Of a stretch of DNA of 27,589 nucleotides, positions 1 through 8,592 are shown piece by piece; the first letter of the stretch is position 1; each line of letters opens with the position of its first letter. The position numbers were made by a program, and so were the translations under genes. Where the stretch lies: assembly GCA_041490225.1 (NCBI GenBank), contig JBGPSS010000001.1, positions 1 to 27,589 on the forward strand, given 5' to 3'. The notes under the pieces are model-generated. The model did not search any database and was not told the DNA's origin. It saw nothing but the letters and a program-made list of their open reading frames with translations. This DNA is from Candidatus Hadarchaeia archaeon. Lineage in GTDB: Archaea; Hadarchaeota; Hadarchaeia; Hadarchaeales; Hadarchaeaceae.

Positions 1-490
1 GATCGCGGTATCTGACGACCGTCGCCTGTTCTATGTTGATCGCGGTTTGACCCACTTCTTCCTTGTTTATTCCTTCTACGGTTACTTCGTCACCTTCAAC
101 TTTGACGTTCACATCTCCAACGATTTTCGCTACCCTCGGGCTTTTCTCTCCGAGAAAATTTTGTATCAGTAATTTCTTACCCTCAACCTTCGCAGTTATC
201 GGAAAATGTGCGTAGACGATTTTGAGTTTATATTTGAACCCATCCTTCACACCATCGAACATGTTTTGGAGGTGAGATTTAATTGCACCAACTGCCGAGC
301 GCTGCTTACGCCTTGGGAGAGCCGCCTCAACTATTATCGCACCATCGCTCTGCTTGAGCCCTATCCCCTGGATGTCGAACCTGCGAACGAGCTTGCCCTT
401 CGGCCCACTGACTTCGATAAGCTTGCCATCTAGCTTCGCCTGGATTCCTTCGGGTATTTTGACTTCTTCTGCGATACTTGCTGCCGCCAT
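1..490 (-). CDS. rpl6: 50S ribosomal protein uL6 (3' end runs off the window)
   Basis: Translated by hand and absent from the ORF track. ATG at 490 after AGGTG SD. MAAASIAEEVKIPEG...GPKGKLVRRF...KLKIVYAHFPI...NFLGEKSPR...VGQTAINIEQAT is the uL6 signature, and the gene follows rps8. Confidence 0.96.
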   Translation of the reverse strand, partial: MAAASIAEEVKIPEGIQAKLDGKLIEVSGPKGKLVRRFDIQGIGLKQSDGAIIVEAALPRRKQRSAVGAIKSHLQNMFDGVKDGFKYKLKIVYAHFPITAKVEGKKLLIQNFLGEKSPRVAKIVGDVNVKVEGDEVTVEGINKEEVGQTAINIEQATVVRYRD

Positions 491-499
491 ACAAACACC

Positions 500-889
500 T
501 CAGTACACGAACGCCAAGAGGCGCCCCCCAAATTTCTGATCCTTCGCAGTGGAATGACCCATGATCCCCTTTGGCGTCGAAACCACCAATGTTCCAAACC
601 CGGCCGCGGGTAGATACCTCTTTTCCCATTTCTCATACTCATCACATTTGACAGCATGCCGAGGTTTGATGACCCCACACTCATTGATCTTGCCTAGCAA
701 CTGAATCCGGAACTTTCCCGCCTTTCCATCGTCGATAAATTCAAATTCTCCGATGAAGCCATCCTGCTGCATGACGCGCAGCACATGACCAACGAGCTTA
801 GAAGCTGGAGCTACAATTATCTTCATCTTTCTGGCTTTTTCGTAGCTCCTTACCGCCGACAACGCATTTGCAAGAGGATCCATCAACAT
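500..889 (-). CDS. rps8: 30S ribosomal protein uS8
   Basis: MDPLANAL...GVIKPRH...[18 protein letters not shown]...GGRLLAFVY. Confidence 0.98.
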   Translation of the reverse strand: MLMDPLANALSAVRSYEKARKMKIIVAPASKLVGHVLRVMQQDGFIGEFEFIDDGKAGKFRIQLLGKINECGVIKPRHAVKCDEYEKWEKRYLPAAGFGTLVVSTPKGIMGHSTAKDQKFGGRLLAFVY

Positions 890-899
890 TTTTTTTCAC

Positions 900-1046
900 C
901 TATTTGTACTTCTTGAAGCCCATCTTCGGCGCCATCTCCCTAAAGCACCTTCTACACATGTTCAACCCGTAACACTGATAAACTGGGCCAGACCTGCCGC
1001 ACTTCACGCATTTATGAGCACCCTTACCAAATTTACGCTTCGTCAT
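900..1046 (-). CDS. rps14: 30S ribosomal protein uS14, zinc-finger type, 48 aa
   Basis: Translated by hand (below the ORF-track cutoff): [48 protein letters not shown]. CxxC...CxxC motif, TGATG overlap with the rpl5 stop, expected position between rpl5 and rps8. Confidence 0.96.
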   Translation of the reverse strand: MTKRKFGKGAHKCVKCGRSGPVYQCYGLNMCRRCFREMAPKMGFKKYK

Positions 1047-1552
1047 CAGACCACCTGTACCCCGAACTTCTGGCTCACGAAGTTTATAGCATCATCTTTA
1101 GTCACGCGGTGAGCCGCCGGGATATCTCGTTGCTTGCATCTTCGGTGCTTGATTCGGTAACCTGGCCTACACAACGTGACACAAACATCCATACCGAAAA
1201 TGCCTGTTTCCGGATCATAATCTACGCCGGCGATATCGATGTGCTCCTTAACTCCAAATGAAAAGTTGCCCTGAGTATCGAAAACTCTGGAGCTCAATTT
1301 TTTCTCAACAGCTTCAAACGTTCTTTTTAGTATCTTCTCAGCTTCTTGGCCCCGAAATGTGGCCTTGCACCCTATCGGGTCCGCGAGCCTTATTTTGAAA
1401 TCTCGAACTGACTTCTTTGCAAATGTCCTGGTTGGTTTTCTCCCCATGATTTTTTCCATGACCTTTTCTGCTTTGACGAGTTTGTCACCGCCCTCACCTA
1501 CGCCTATGTTCAAAGTCACTTTTTCGATTTTGACATCACGCATCGGATTCAT
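1046..1552 (-). CDS. rpl5: 50S ribosomal protein uL5
   Basis: [20 protein letters not shown]...[16 protein letters not shown]...[20 protein letters not shown]. Confidence 0.98.
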   Translation of the reverse strand: MNPMRDVKIEKVTLNIGVGEGGDKLVKAEKVMEKIMGRKPTRTFAKKSVRDFKIRLADPIGCKATFRGQEAEKILKRTFEAVEKKLSSRVFDTQGNFSFGVKEHIDIAGVDYDPETGIFGMDVCVTLCRPGYRIKHRRCKQRDIPAAHRVTKDDAINFVSQKFGVQVV

Positions 1553-1556
1553 TCGA

Positions 1557-2282
1557 TTACCCCGCCAAAGTTACAATCGGTTTTTCCTTCCCGACCACAA
1601 ACACGTAGTCCTCTGAAGTCTGAAATGTCGTGCCATCTGGGGCCTCAAGAATCACTATATTTGGCTGAGTGCCCTCGATCATTTTTACTTCCACTATCTT
1701 GCCCACTTTCCCAACGTTCGCCCCCCCTGTGACTAAAGCTACCACTCCGTTTCCAAATGCAATTCGTTCGAGGATTTTCTGATCAGGTAGGGATAGCTTT
1801 GCTGTATCTCTAAGCTTAAATTCTCCAAAGTCCCCAGCGAGCGTCCTCCCATCGTTAAATGCGAGCTGGACACGCGCACCAGATATCGTGCTTTTCCTGA
1901 CTACCTTGCACAGCTTGAACCGAGCTTCCTCCTGCGGAATATCACACAAAACCAAGCGTCTCCGTGTATTCAACAAAACTCTATAACTTTTGTTCAAAGT
2001 TGGCAACTGCACGACGTCCATCAATCCGACGGGAAACTTCGAATCTTTTCTGACTCTGCCGTCCACAAGAACGTGTTTTTCGTTCAACAGCCTACCCCCC
2101 TCTCTGGCTGTCCGCGCGAGACCCAAGTACTCTCGAACCACGAGCTGCAACGGTATGCTCTCACCGCTTGGATGTGGCCCGGGGGCTGGTTTGACCATCC
2201 AAACGATCGACTTGCGCGGCAACTTGAGCACTTTGGATGCTGCGTATCGCTTGAGGTGCCTACTTTGTCCCTTCTTTGCCAA
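1557..2282 (-). CDS. rps4e: 30S ribosomal protein eS4
   Basis: HLKRYAA...KPAPGPH...VLVDGRVRKDSKFPVGLMDVV...VTGGANVGKVG. TTG start. Confidence 0.97.
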   Translation of the reverse strand: MAKKGQSRHLKRYAASKVLKLPRKSIVWMVKPAPGPHPSGESIPLQLVVREYLGLARTAREGGRLLNEKHVLVDGRVRKDSKFPVGLMDVVQLPTLNKSYRVLLNTRRRLVLCDIPQEEARFKLCKVVRKSTISGARVQLAFNDGRTLAGDFGEFKLRDTAKLSLPDQKILERIAFGNGVVALVTGGANVGKVGKIVEVKMIEGTQPNIVILEAPDGTTFQTSEDYVFVVGKEKPIVTLAG

Positions 2283-2640
2283 CTTTTGCCCTCCTCTTCA
2301 GTATTTTATCACGTTCCTTATCCGACTTGAGTTTGGTTATCATAACGTTCGAGGGGTGAATTGGTCGCGTCACCTGAGTTCCATCAGCTTTTGCAGTAGT
2401 AACGCCGGTGACAAAAATGTGATAACGTTTCATATCCACTTCTGTGACATCTCCCTCGATGCCCTTGAAGTCACCGCGCATGATCTTTACTTTGTCACCC
2501 TTGCGCACAGGAAGAGTCTTGCACTTGTGCTCTTTGTTCAAATCGTCACTCAGCCTCGCACCGAAGTGTTTGTGTCTCACGTGCAGTGGCGCCGAATAGA
2601 GGCGTAGACGTTGCTTTCGTGGTTGTTTTGAACTCATCAT
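2260..2640 (-). CDS. rpl24: 50S ribosomal protein uL24
   Basis: SSKQPRKQR...APLHVRHK...PVRKGDKVKIMRGDFKG...PIHPSNVMITKL. Start moved to the ATG-ATG at 2640/2637 behind AGGTGAG SD; the ORF-track extension to 2685 overlaps rpl14. Confidence 0.96.
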   Translation of the reverse strand: MMSSKQPRKQRLRLYSAPLHVRHKHFGARLSDDLNKEHKCKTLPVRKGDKVKIMRGDFKGIEGDVTEVDMKRYHIFVTGVTTAKADGTQVTRPIHPSNVMITKLKSDKERDKILKRRAKVGKEGTK

Positions 2641-2645
2641 CTCAC

Positions 2646-3071
2646 CTAAACGACTATCGCAGCTATACCTGCCACGCGTGGCCAACGCTCGATAGCTTCG
2701 CGAGCTATCGGCCCCCTTATCTCCGAACCACGCGGCGCCCCCTCAGGAGTCATCAAAACTGCTGCATTGTCCTCAAATTTTATACGAATACCATCCGTGC
2801 GGCGGTATTCCTTTCTTTGCCTGATAATGATCGCGCGTACAATTTGTTTGCGCAACTCCGGCGTGCCTTTCTTGACGGATGCGACCACCATATCTCCTAC
2901 GCCAGCTTTCGGCGTGCGTCTTCGCGTGCCCGTGTATTTTATCGTCATGATGATCTGCAGCTCCTTCGCTCCAGTGTTGTCAGCACACAGGAGCCTGCTA
3001 CCAACCATGAGCGCCTTCACCGGTGTCACTGGTGAAACACCAATCGATGTACCTGCACCCTTCTTACCCAT
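2646..3071 (-). CDS. rpl14: 50S ribosomal protein uL14
   Basis: [10 protein letters not shown]...[21 protein letters not shown]...[10 protein letters not shown]...[12 protein letters not shown]. Confidence 0.98.
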   Translation of the reverse strand: MGKKGAGTSIGVSPVTPVKALMVGSRLLCADNTGAKELQIIMTIKYTGTRRRTPKAGVGDMVVASVKKGTPELRKQIVRAIIIRQRKEYRRTDGIRIKFEDNAAVLMTPEGAPRGSEIRGPIAREAIERWPRVAGIAAIVV

Positions 3072-3072
3072 T

Positions 3073-3393
3073 TCAAGCCACCATCCTCTGAACTATCGCA
3101 AATGTCTTCGTCTTGCTTAACTTCCGACACTCCATGAACTTGACCTTGTCGCCGATGCGCGCATTTATACAAGGCGGATTGTGCGCATGAAGCTTCGACG
3201 TTCTACGCTCGTAGCGCTCGTACTTGCTAACTTTGTGCATGTGCTCACACTCAACCACCACAGTTTTAGACATCTTGTCGCTGACCACCATGCCTGTAAA
3301 AACGCGCCCTCTGACCGACAGCTTGCCGTGGAATGGACAATTCTTATCATCGCACTTTTCCTTCGGTGGTTCTATACCAAGTCCGACCATCAT
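3073..3393 (-). CDS. rps17: 30S ribosomal protein uS17
   Basis: [16 protein letters not shown]...[10 protein letters not shown]...ECRKLSKTK. Confidence 0.98.
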   Translation of the reverse strand: MMVGLGIEPPKEKCDDKNCPFHGKLSVRGRVFTGMVVSDKMSKTVVVECEHMHKVSKYERYERRTSKLHAHNPPCINARIGDKVKFMECRKLSKTKTFAIVQRMVA

Positions 3394-3665
3394 TTCACCC
3401 TCTTCTTTATCCTATCCTCTGGCCTGGCGACGAGCTTCGCTCCGTCGACATCGATATCTTCTCCGCTAGGCAAGGTCAGCTTAAAGGTGGAACTTTTCTT
3501 CTGCACTATCCTCGGCTTTCCGACTTGATCGATGACGAGCATGTCCTTTGTCTCATCGATGATGGTGCCATATGTACCGATCAAGTTCTTATCCGAACTA
3601 TTGACCACCCTCGCCTCTAGGCCAATCAACTCGTGCTTCGACACATTTTGTTTCGTTATCGGCAT
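3390..3665 (-). CDS. rnp1: RNase P protein component 1 (Rpp29/Pop4)
   Basis: HELIGLEARVVNS...GTIIDETKDML...DVDGAKLVARPEDRIKK. ATG at 3665 is 5 nt behind AGGTGG. Conserved archaeal position between the SUI1 gene and rps17. Confidence 0.94.
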   Translation of the reverse strand: MPITKQNVSKHELIGLEARVVNSSDKNLIGTYGTIIDETKDMLVIDQVGKPRIVQKKSSTFKLTLPSGEDIDVDGAKLVARPEDRIKKRVK

Positions 3666-3675
3666 ATTTTCCACC

Positions 3676-3984
3676 TTACTTTATGTTTATCATGTCCTGC
3701 GAGAAGCCCATCTCCACGAGCACCTCTTTGACGCGCATCGTGTGGTTACCTTGCAGCTCTATCCTGCCATCCTTCCAGGTCCCACCGCATGCGAGCTTCG
3801 ACTTCAGCTTCTTCGTCAACTCCTTGGGGTCGAGCTGTTTTTCATCGATGCCCTCGACGATCGTCACTTTTTTTCCGAACTTCCGCTTCATCGAGTAGAC
3901 ATTTATTCTCTGCTGCTCGCGCGCTATCTCTTCGCAGACACAGAGCTCCTTGGGCAACCCGCACACTTCACATACTTCCGGCAC
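3676..3984 (-). CDS. sui1: Translation initiation factor aIF1 (SUI1 family)
   Basis: CEVCGLPKELCVCEEIAREQQ...KRKFGKKVT...LKSKLACGGT...IELQGNH. Most likely start is GTG 3984 behind GGAGGTG; the alternative GTG is at 3996. Confidence 0.95.
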   Translation of the reverse strand: MPEVCEVCGLPKELCVCEEIAREQQRINVYSMKRKFGKKVTIVEGIDEKQLDPKELTKKLKSKLACGGTWKDGRIELQGNHTMRVKEVLVEMGFSQDMINIK

Positions 3985-4201
3985 TTTTCCGTGCACCTCC
4001 TCTTTTCTGAGTTTCTTTTATTATCGTGAGCAACCTTGCGATGCTATGTTTGAGTTCACGTATCCTCCCTGGGTTTTCGAGCGACCCGCCAGATGCAATT
4101 ACCGCCCGCTCCCTCGCCAGCTCGGACCGTAGCTCCATGAGCTTCGTCTTCATCTCGTCGATGTTCATGTCACGGATCTCATCTGACCTAAGTATCGCCA
4201 C
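3968..4201 (-). CDS. rpl29: 50S ribosomal protein uL29
   Basis: (M)AILRSDEIRDM...ELRSELARER...ENPGRIRELKHSIARLLTI. GTG at 4201 behind GAGGAG; the ORF-track extension to 4402 is out-of-frame rps3. Confidence 0.95.
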   Translation of the reverse strand: MAILRSDEIRDMNIDEMKTKLMELRSELARERAVIASGGSLENPGRIRELKHSIARLLTIIKETQKRGGARKSAGSM

Positions 4202-4958
4202 TCTTCTCCTCTCCTTCGGGTGGTTTTTCATCCTCGGGTTTTGCTTCTTGGGGCTCCTCTGGAGGTGTTTCAGCTGGCTCCACCTCAACTGCTTCTGGTA
4301 CTTTCTCCTGCACCTCGGCAGTTGGCTGTGCCTCCTCTGTTGGTTTGGCCTCGACTTTCTTTTCCTCCTCCAAAAATCGAATCTCATCTGGAAGCCGCAC
4401 ACCTGGTGGCATTATTCTGATTTTTACGCCCACCATACCGAGTTTCAGCTTCGCCTCAGCGAACCCATAGCTGACCAGACTTAACGCTGGCTCACCAGCT
4501 TTCTTAAGGTAACCATCGTAGAAGCGCTGCGTGCGATGACGTTCCCCCGATATTTTCCCAGATATTACTATCTCTACTCCTCTTGCCCCCGCACGCATTA
4601 TCCGGCGCAACATTATGTAACCTGCGCGCCTGGAGCTTATGCCGCGGTCGAGCATGAAGGCCAAACGTTTCGCCATCACCTTGGCGTTCAACTCCGGTGA
4701 CTTGATCTCGACAACTTCCACCTGTGGGTTCTCTATGTCATATTCTTTGGCGAGCGTCTCTGTCAGGTCTTTGATGCTCCGCCCTTTGCGACCTATAACT
4801 ATTCCTGGGCGTTCCACGTACAACGCAACCCTCGTGCCCATCGGAACTCGTTTAACATCGACTCCACCATAGCCAGCTTTCTCGAGCTCCTTCTCAAGGA
4901 ACTCTTCGAGCCCAGCCCTTTTCATTCCACGCTTGATTATTGCTCGCTCGACTGGCAC
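4188..4958 (-). CDS. rps3: 30S ribosomal protein uS3 with acidic C-terminal tail
   Basis: KH domain (ERPGIVIGRKG), RAGARGVEIVISGK, GMVGVKIRIMPP. GTG start overlapping the rpl22 TAG. Confidence 0.98.
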   Translation of the reverse strand: MPVERAIIKRGMKRAGLEEFLEKELEKAGYGGVDVKRVPMGTRVALYVERPGIVIGRKGRSIKDLTETLAKEYDIENPQVEVVEIKSPELNAKVMAKRLAFMLDRGISSRRAGYIMLRRIMRAGARGVEIVISGKISGERHRTQRFYDGYLKKAGEPALSLVSYGFAEAKLKLGMVGVKIRIMPPGVRLPDEIRFLEEEKKVEAKPTEEAQPTAEVQEKVPEAVEVEPAETPPEEPQEAKPEDEKPPEGEEKSGDT

Positions 4959-5416
4959 TAGGATACCTCCTTCAAAATTATCTCGATGTTAGACGTCGGT
5001 TTACTGAAAGGTGTAGCTCTAGCAAAAGCCCGCGGCAGGAATCCGGGGATGGTTATGCCCTTCTGAGCGCTCACGTGCACGATCCTCAGCTTTTCTTCAT
5101 CCATACCTTTATACTTCGCATTTGCTTCAGCATTTGCAAGAACCTCAAGTATCGCGTTAGCCGCCTTCACCGGGTACTGCCCCGCGTCTCCGCTCGTCAT
5201 CCCTCCACGGTGCGCTATCTTCTTTTTATGTCTCCTGTATGGTACAGCTTTCTTCTTCTTGACCACATCTTGCAGATAATCCTTCGCCACCGTCAGTTTC
5301 ATCCCTCGAATGGCGCGACAAACCTCCATCGCGTGCTTCGGCGAGACCCTCATCTCCTTCCCGAAAGCTCTGGCGAAAGGCCCCTCGACCTCAGCTGAAT
5401 AACCATACTTCGGCAT
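4958..5416 (-). CDS. rpl22: 50S ribosomal protein uL22
   Basis: RVSPKHAMEVCRAIRGM...GQYPVKAA...PRAFARATP. ATG at 5416 preferred to GTG 5425. Confidence 0.97.
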   Translation of the reverse strand: MPKYGYSAEVEGPFARAFGKEMRVSPKHAMEVCRAIRGMKLTVAKDYLQDVVKKKKAVPYRRHKKKIAHRGGMTSGDAGQYPVKAANAILEVLANAEANAKYKGMDEEKLRIVHVSAQKGITIPGFLPRAFARATPFSKPTSNIEIILKEVS

Positions 5417-5421
5417 TTTGA

Positions 5422-5829
5422 TCACTTCAATGGAATGTACATCGAACTTCTGGTAGCGCCTATACCCGGCGTCCCATGCGTGACCTTCCTCCGCGTCTGA
5501 GCAAACTCTCCAAGGCGGTGCCCGATCATCTCTGGTTTGATTTCGACAATCACAAACTCCTTCCCAGTATAGATCCCAAATTTTAGTCCAACCATCTCCG
5601 GTAGAACCAACATGTCGCGACAGTGAGTGCGAACAGTTACTGCCTTGCTCTCCTTCTCCTGGAGCTCCCTCGCGCTGCGAGTTCTCTCGAGCAATTTTTT
5701 ATGTGTGGTCGGCAGCCCACGCAAGAGCGATCGCCTCTGACGAGACGGCAACAGCTTGGCGAAATCGTCCATCGACAACTTTTGTAGCTCCTCCAGCCCA
5801 TACCCCTTGAATATAAATTTCTTCGGCAC
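5422..5829 (-). CDS. rps19: 30S ribosomal protein uS19
   Basis: VRTHCRDMLVLPEMVG...EIKPEMIGHRLGEFA...HGTPGIGATRSSMYIPLK. Confidence 0.98.
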   Translation of the reverse strand: MPKKFIFKGYGLEELQKLSMDDFAKLLPSRQRRSLLRGLPTTHKKLLERTRSARELQEKESKAVTVRTHCRDMLVLPEMVGLKFGIYTGKEFVIVEIKPEMIGHRLGEFAQTRRKVTHGTPGIGATRSSMYIPLK

Positions 5830-5834
5830 TTATC

Positions 5835-6542
5835 TCACCTTTTGCCAGTTCGTCTCGCCGATATTAACCCTACTTTTTGCCCAGGCGAAGCACCCCTCGC
5901 CACCGTCTTTGGTCTGCCAGCGTGCTTACCTCTTCCACCGAATGGGTGGTTGACGACGTTCATCGCAACTCCACGAACCTTTGGATAAGGTTTGCCCTTC
6001 GCGAGCATCAAATGGTGTCGCTTGCCAGCCTTCATAAACGGCCTATCCCCGCGGCCACCGCCTGCGACTACGCCGATCGTGGCGCGACAACGTGGGTCAA
6101 ATTCTTTTATCTCACCTGAAGGTAATTGGATGGTCGCCCGTCCAAGCTCATGAGCTATTAGAGTAGCGTAAGCGCCAGGCGACCTGACGAAACGTCCCCC
6201 ATCGCCCGGCTGCGACTCGATATTGTGTATCAAAGTGCCCTCAGGAACTTCGGCCAAAAAAAGTGTATTACCCGGCTCAACTGGAGCGGAGATGCCACAT
6301 GTCAGTTTATCTCCGACCTTGATCCCTTCTGGAGCCAATACTAAGCGTTCTTCTCCATTTGCGTACCTCACCCTCGCGACTGGAGCGCCCCTGCCGGGAT
6401 CGTGAAGTATATCGACTACTACAGTTTCTATACTATCCTTTAGCACAGGCGGAAGCCTGACCTCGCCCAACCGCCTGAAGGACTTCGCCCTGTATACAGG
6501 GGAGCCCTTCCCCCGCCTTTGAAGCCTCAATCGCTTTCCCAT
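5835..6542 (-). CDS. rpl2: 50S ribosomal protein uL2
   Basis: MGKRLRLQRRGKGSP...HDPGRGAP...PKVRGVAMN..HPFGG...PGQKVGLISARRTG. Confidence 0.98.
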   Translation of the reverse strand: MGKRLRLQRRGKGSPVYRAKSFRRLGEVRLPPVLKDSIETVVVDILHDPGRGAPVARVRYANGEERLVLAPEGIKVGDKLTCGISAPVEPGNTLFLAEVPEGTLIHNIESQPGDGGRFVRSPGAYATLIAHELGRATIQLPSGEIKEFDPRCRATIGVVAGGGRGDRPFMKAGKRHHLMLAKGKPYPKVRGVAMNVVNHPFGGRGKHAGRPKTVARGASPGQKVGLISARRTGKR

Positions 6543-6806
6543 CTACACCATCCCTAGTTTACTCGCTATCTCATCAGCCATAAACTCTGGCGCGAGTTTC
6601 ACATACGCCCTCTTTCGCCCATTCGGCATGATTTCTATATTGACGTCCTCCACTTTTACTTCAAACAATACTTCGATGGCCTTCTTGACATCGCTGCGCG
6701 TCGCACCCTGAGCTACGATGAACGTCAGCTTGTTCTCAGCCTCTATGAGCTTCACCGCCTTTTCTGTCATCTGTGGGTAGAGCAGCACCTTGTGAGGGTC
6801 AATCAT
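6543..6806 (-). CDS. rpl23: 50S ribosomal protein uL23
   Basis: PQMTEKAVKLIEAENKLTFIV...KRAYVKL...EIASKLGM. Confidence 0.97.
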   Translation of the reverse strand: MIDPHKVLLYPQMTEKAVKLIEAENKLTFIVAQGATRSDVKKAIEVLFEVKVEDVNIEIMPNGRKRAYVKLAPEFMADEIASKLGMV

Positions 6807-7582
6807 CTAAAAAGTCCTCCAGCTAGTTTTTGAACTGCTGACTTCGTCCATATCGTCAACCGGCCCGGCACACCACCAGGAGCAAGATTCTCCGCCCCTA
6901 AAACCTCGACCTTGACAACGTCGACACCGGGCAAGTTTCCAGCTCCAAGTTCGACGCCTCTCTTCTGGCCAACCACGATTAACGGCCCTACCGCTTGACG
7001 ATAACGCCTGCCCCTCATCTTGCCTCTACCGGCCCTAACTTTTCGGCTATTTATCACTCGCTCAACATCGGACCAAACCCCAAGCTTCTCGAGCAACTCT
7101 TTCGCTTGCTTGGTCTTCTTGATCTCCTCAATATCATCCACGACGACCATAGGTAGTTCAGAAATGTTATCTACCGAATGACCTCGCAATTCAACAAGTT
7201 TTTTCTCCTTCGTTGCAGCTATGGCTGACCTGATCGCCAGCCGTCTTTCTTTCCTGTTGATTCGCTCATGTTGTATTTTCTCAACCTTTGGTGGATGAGC
7301 CCTCCTGCCCCCGACAGTCTGCGGCGAAAATGCTCCCAGCCCCGCCGCGGGAGACCTGCTGCCCTTCACGCGCTGAACACGAGCGACACCATGGCCCTTG
7401 CCCCATGTGTGAGCCGAAGTCCGCTTCCCGGCCATCGTGTCCGCTCCCCATGGCTGAATCCTCGCAGTCTGAGCGGAGATTACCGCGCGCTTTATTAAAT
7501 CGGGCCTTATCTCCTCATAAAAAATTGAGGGTAGGTCTATTTCTTCCGTCGGCTTTCCTTCGAGAGAATAAACATGAACCAT
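6803..7582 (-). CDS. rpl4: 50S ribosomal protein uL4
   Basis: IRPDLIKRAV...WGKGHGVARVQR...GGRRAHPP...VRAGRGKMRGRRY...LAPGGVPGRLTIWT. ATG at 7582 (MVHVYSLEG) preferred to 7606. Confidence 0.97.
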   Translation of the reverse strand: MVHVYSLEGKPTEEIDLPSIFYEEIRPDLIKRAVISAQTARIQPWGADTMAGKRTSAHTWGKGHGVARVQRVKGSRSPAAGLGAFSPQTVGGRRAHPPKVEKIQHERINRKERRLAIRSAIAATKEKKLVELRGHSVDNISELPMVVVDDIEEIKKTKQAKELLEKLGVWSDVERVINSRKVRAGRGKMRGRRYRQAVGPLIVVGQKRGVELGAGNLPGVDVVKVEVLGAENLAPGGVPGRLTIWTKSAVQKLAGGLFR

Positions 7583-7583
7583 T

Positions 7584-8588
7584 TCATACACCCTGTTGAG
7601 AAACAATGCTTATCGAGGTAACAGATGGGGGTGCTATTTGCGCCGGCCCCTTCATCGCGCGCCTGAGGTGCACAAGGCGCTTCGCCGGCCCAGGTATCGA
7701 ACCGGCTAACAACACATAATCTCTTTTCACCGGACCGTAGCGCATGAATCCACCGCTCGGCGTCACTTCTTCTCCCTTGACCCCCAACTTCAAAATGCGC
7801 TTATTGATATCCGTGCGCTGATTGTAGCCCATTTGACCTGGGCCCGGAACCGTCCACATCACGCGAGAGGGCTTCCACGGACCGAGGGTACCAACTTGGC
7901 GCGAGCCATCGTCCTGCTTGCGTGGCAAAATTTTTATACCCCAGCGCTTGACCGGACCCTGGAAACCTTTACCCTTGGTAATCGCAGAAACATCGACGAA
8001 CTCGCCCTCCTTGAACACATCGGTCACTTTTATCTGTTTTCCGAGCAACTCCTTGGAGCGATTCCATCTTTCCCCGATCGATGGGCCGCCGATGCTTATC
8101 TCGACGAGGTCGGGCTTTTTCTTCGGCACGCTGCTCAGACGTGGCTGGGTATGCGAGAGCAATCTCACTTCAACAACTTTTCCATCTTTGACGAGGGCCT
8201 CAGCCTCCGACAAAGCTTTTTGTTGATCATATTTTTCTGGAACAACTAAAACACGAGCAAGGTCCTTGGAAAGCGCGCTCGACCAAACTTCCATCAAAGT
8301 GTTGAAGCCGCGAGTCGTTTGGCCGTAAAGTTTTATTGCACATACAACAAGCGGGGGCACATCTATCACCGTTGCTGGCGTGACTATCTCTTGTCCCGCG
8401 GTGAGACTTCCTTTACGATCATCAATCATGAAAACGTGCGTCATGCCCGCCTTGTACCCGACGAAGCCCTGCAACCGCAAGATAGCATCAGCTGGCCATA
8501 CCCGCACATGGGCTACTGGTCTTGGCGCCCGCACTCGCGGCATGTACGCCAGCGAGCCGCGCCTCGGATGGTGTGGTCTCCTTCCCAT
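7584..8588 (-). CDS. rpl3: 50S ribosomal protein uL3
   Basis: HPRRGSLAYMPRVRA...GYKAGMTH...TKGKGFQGPVKRWG...GQMGYNQRT...GSIPGPAKR. Confidence 0.98.
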   Translation of the reverse strand: MGRRPHHPRRGSLAYMPRVRAPRPVAHVRVWPADAILRLQGFVGYKAGMTHVFMIDDRKGSLTAGQEIVTPATVIDVPPLVVCAIKLYGQTTRGFNTLMEVWSSALSKDLARVLVVPEKYDQQKALSEAEALVKDGKVVEVRLLSHTQPRLSSVPKKKPDLVEISIGGPSIGERWNRSKELLGKQIKVTDVFKEGEFVDVSAITKGKGFQGPVKRWGIKILPRKQDDGSRQVGTLGPWKPSRVMWTVPGPGQMGYNQRTDINKRILKLGVKGEEVTPSGGFMRYGPVKRDYVLLAGSIPGPAKRLVHLRRAMKGPAQIAPPSVTSISIVSQQGV

Positions 8589-8592
8589 TTTT

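Noticed and set aside
3968-4402. 144-aa ORF-track version of uL29
   Set aside because: The N-terminal 67 codons are an alternative frame of the rps3 tail; uL29 homology starts at GTG 4201.
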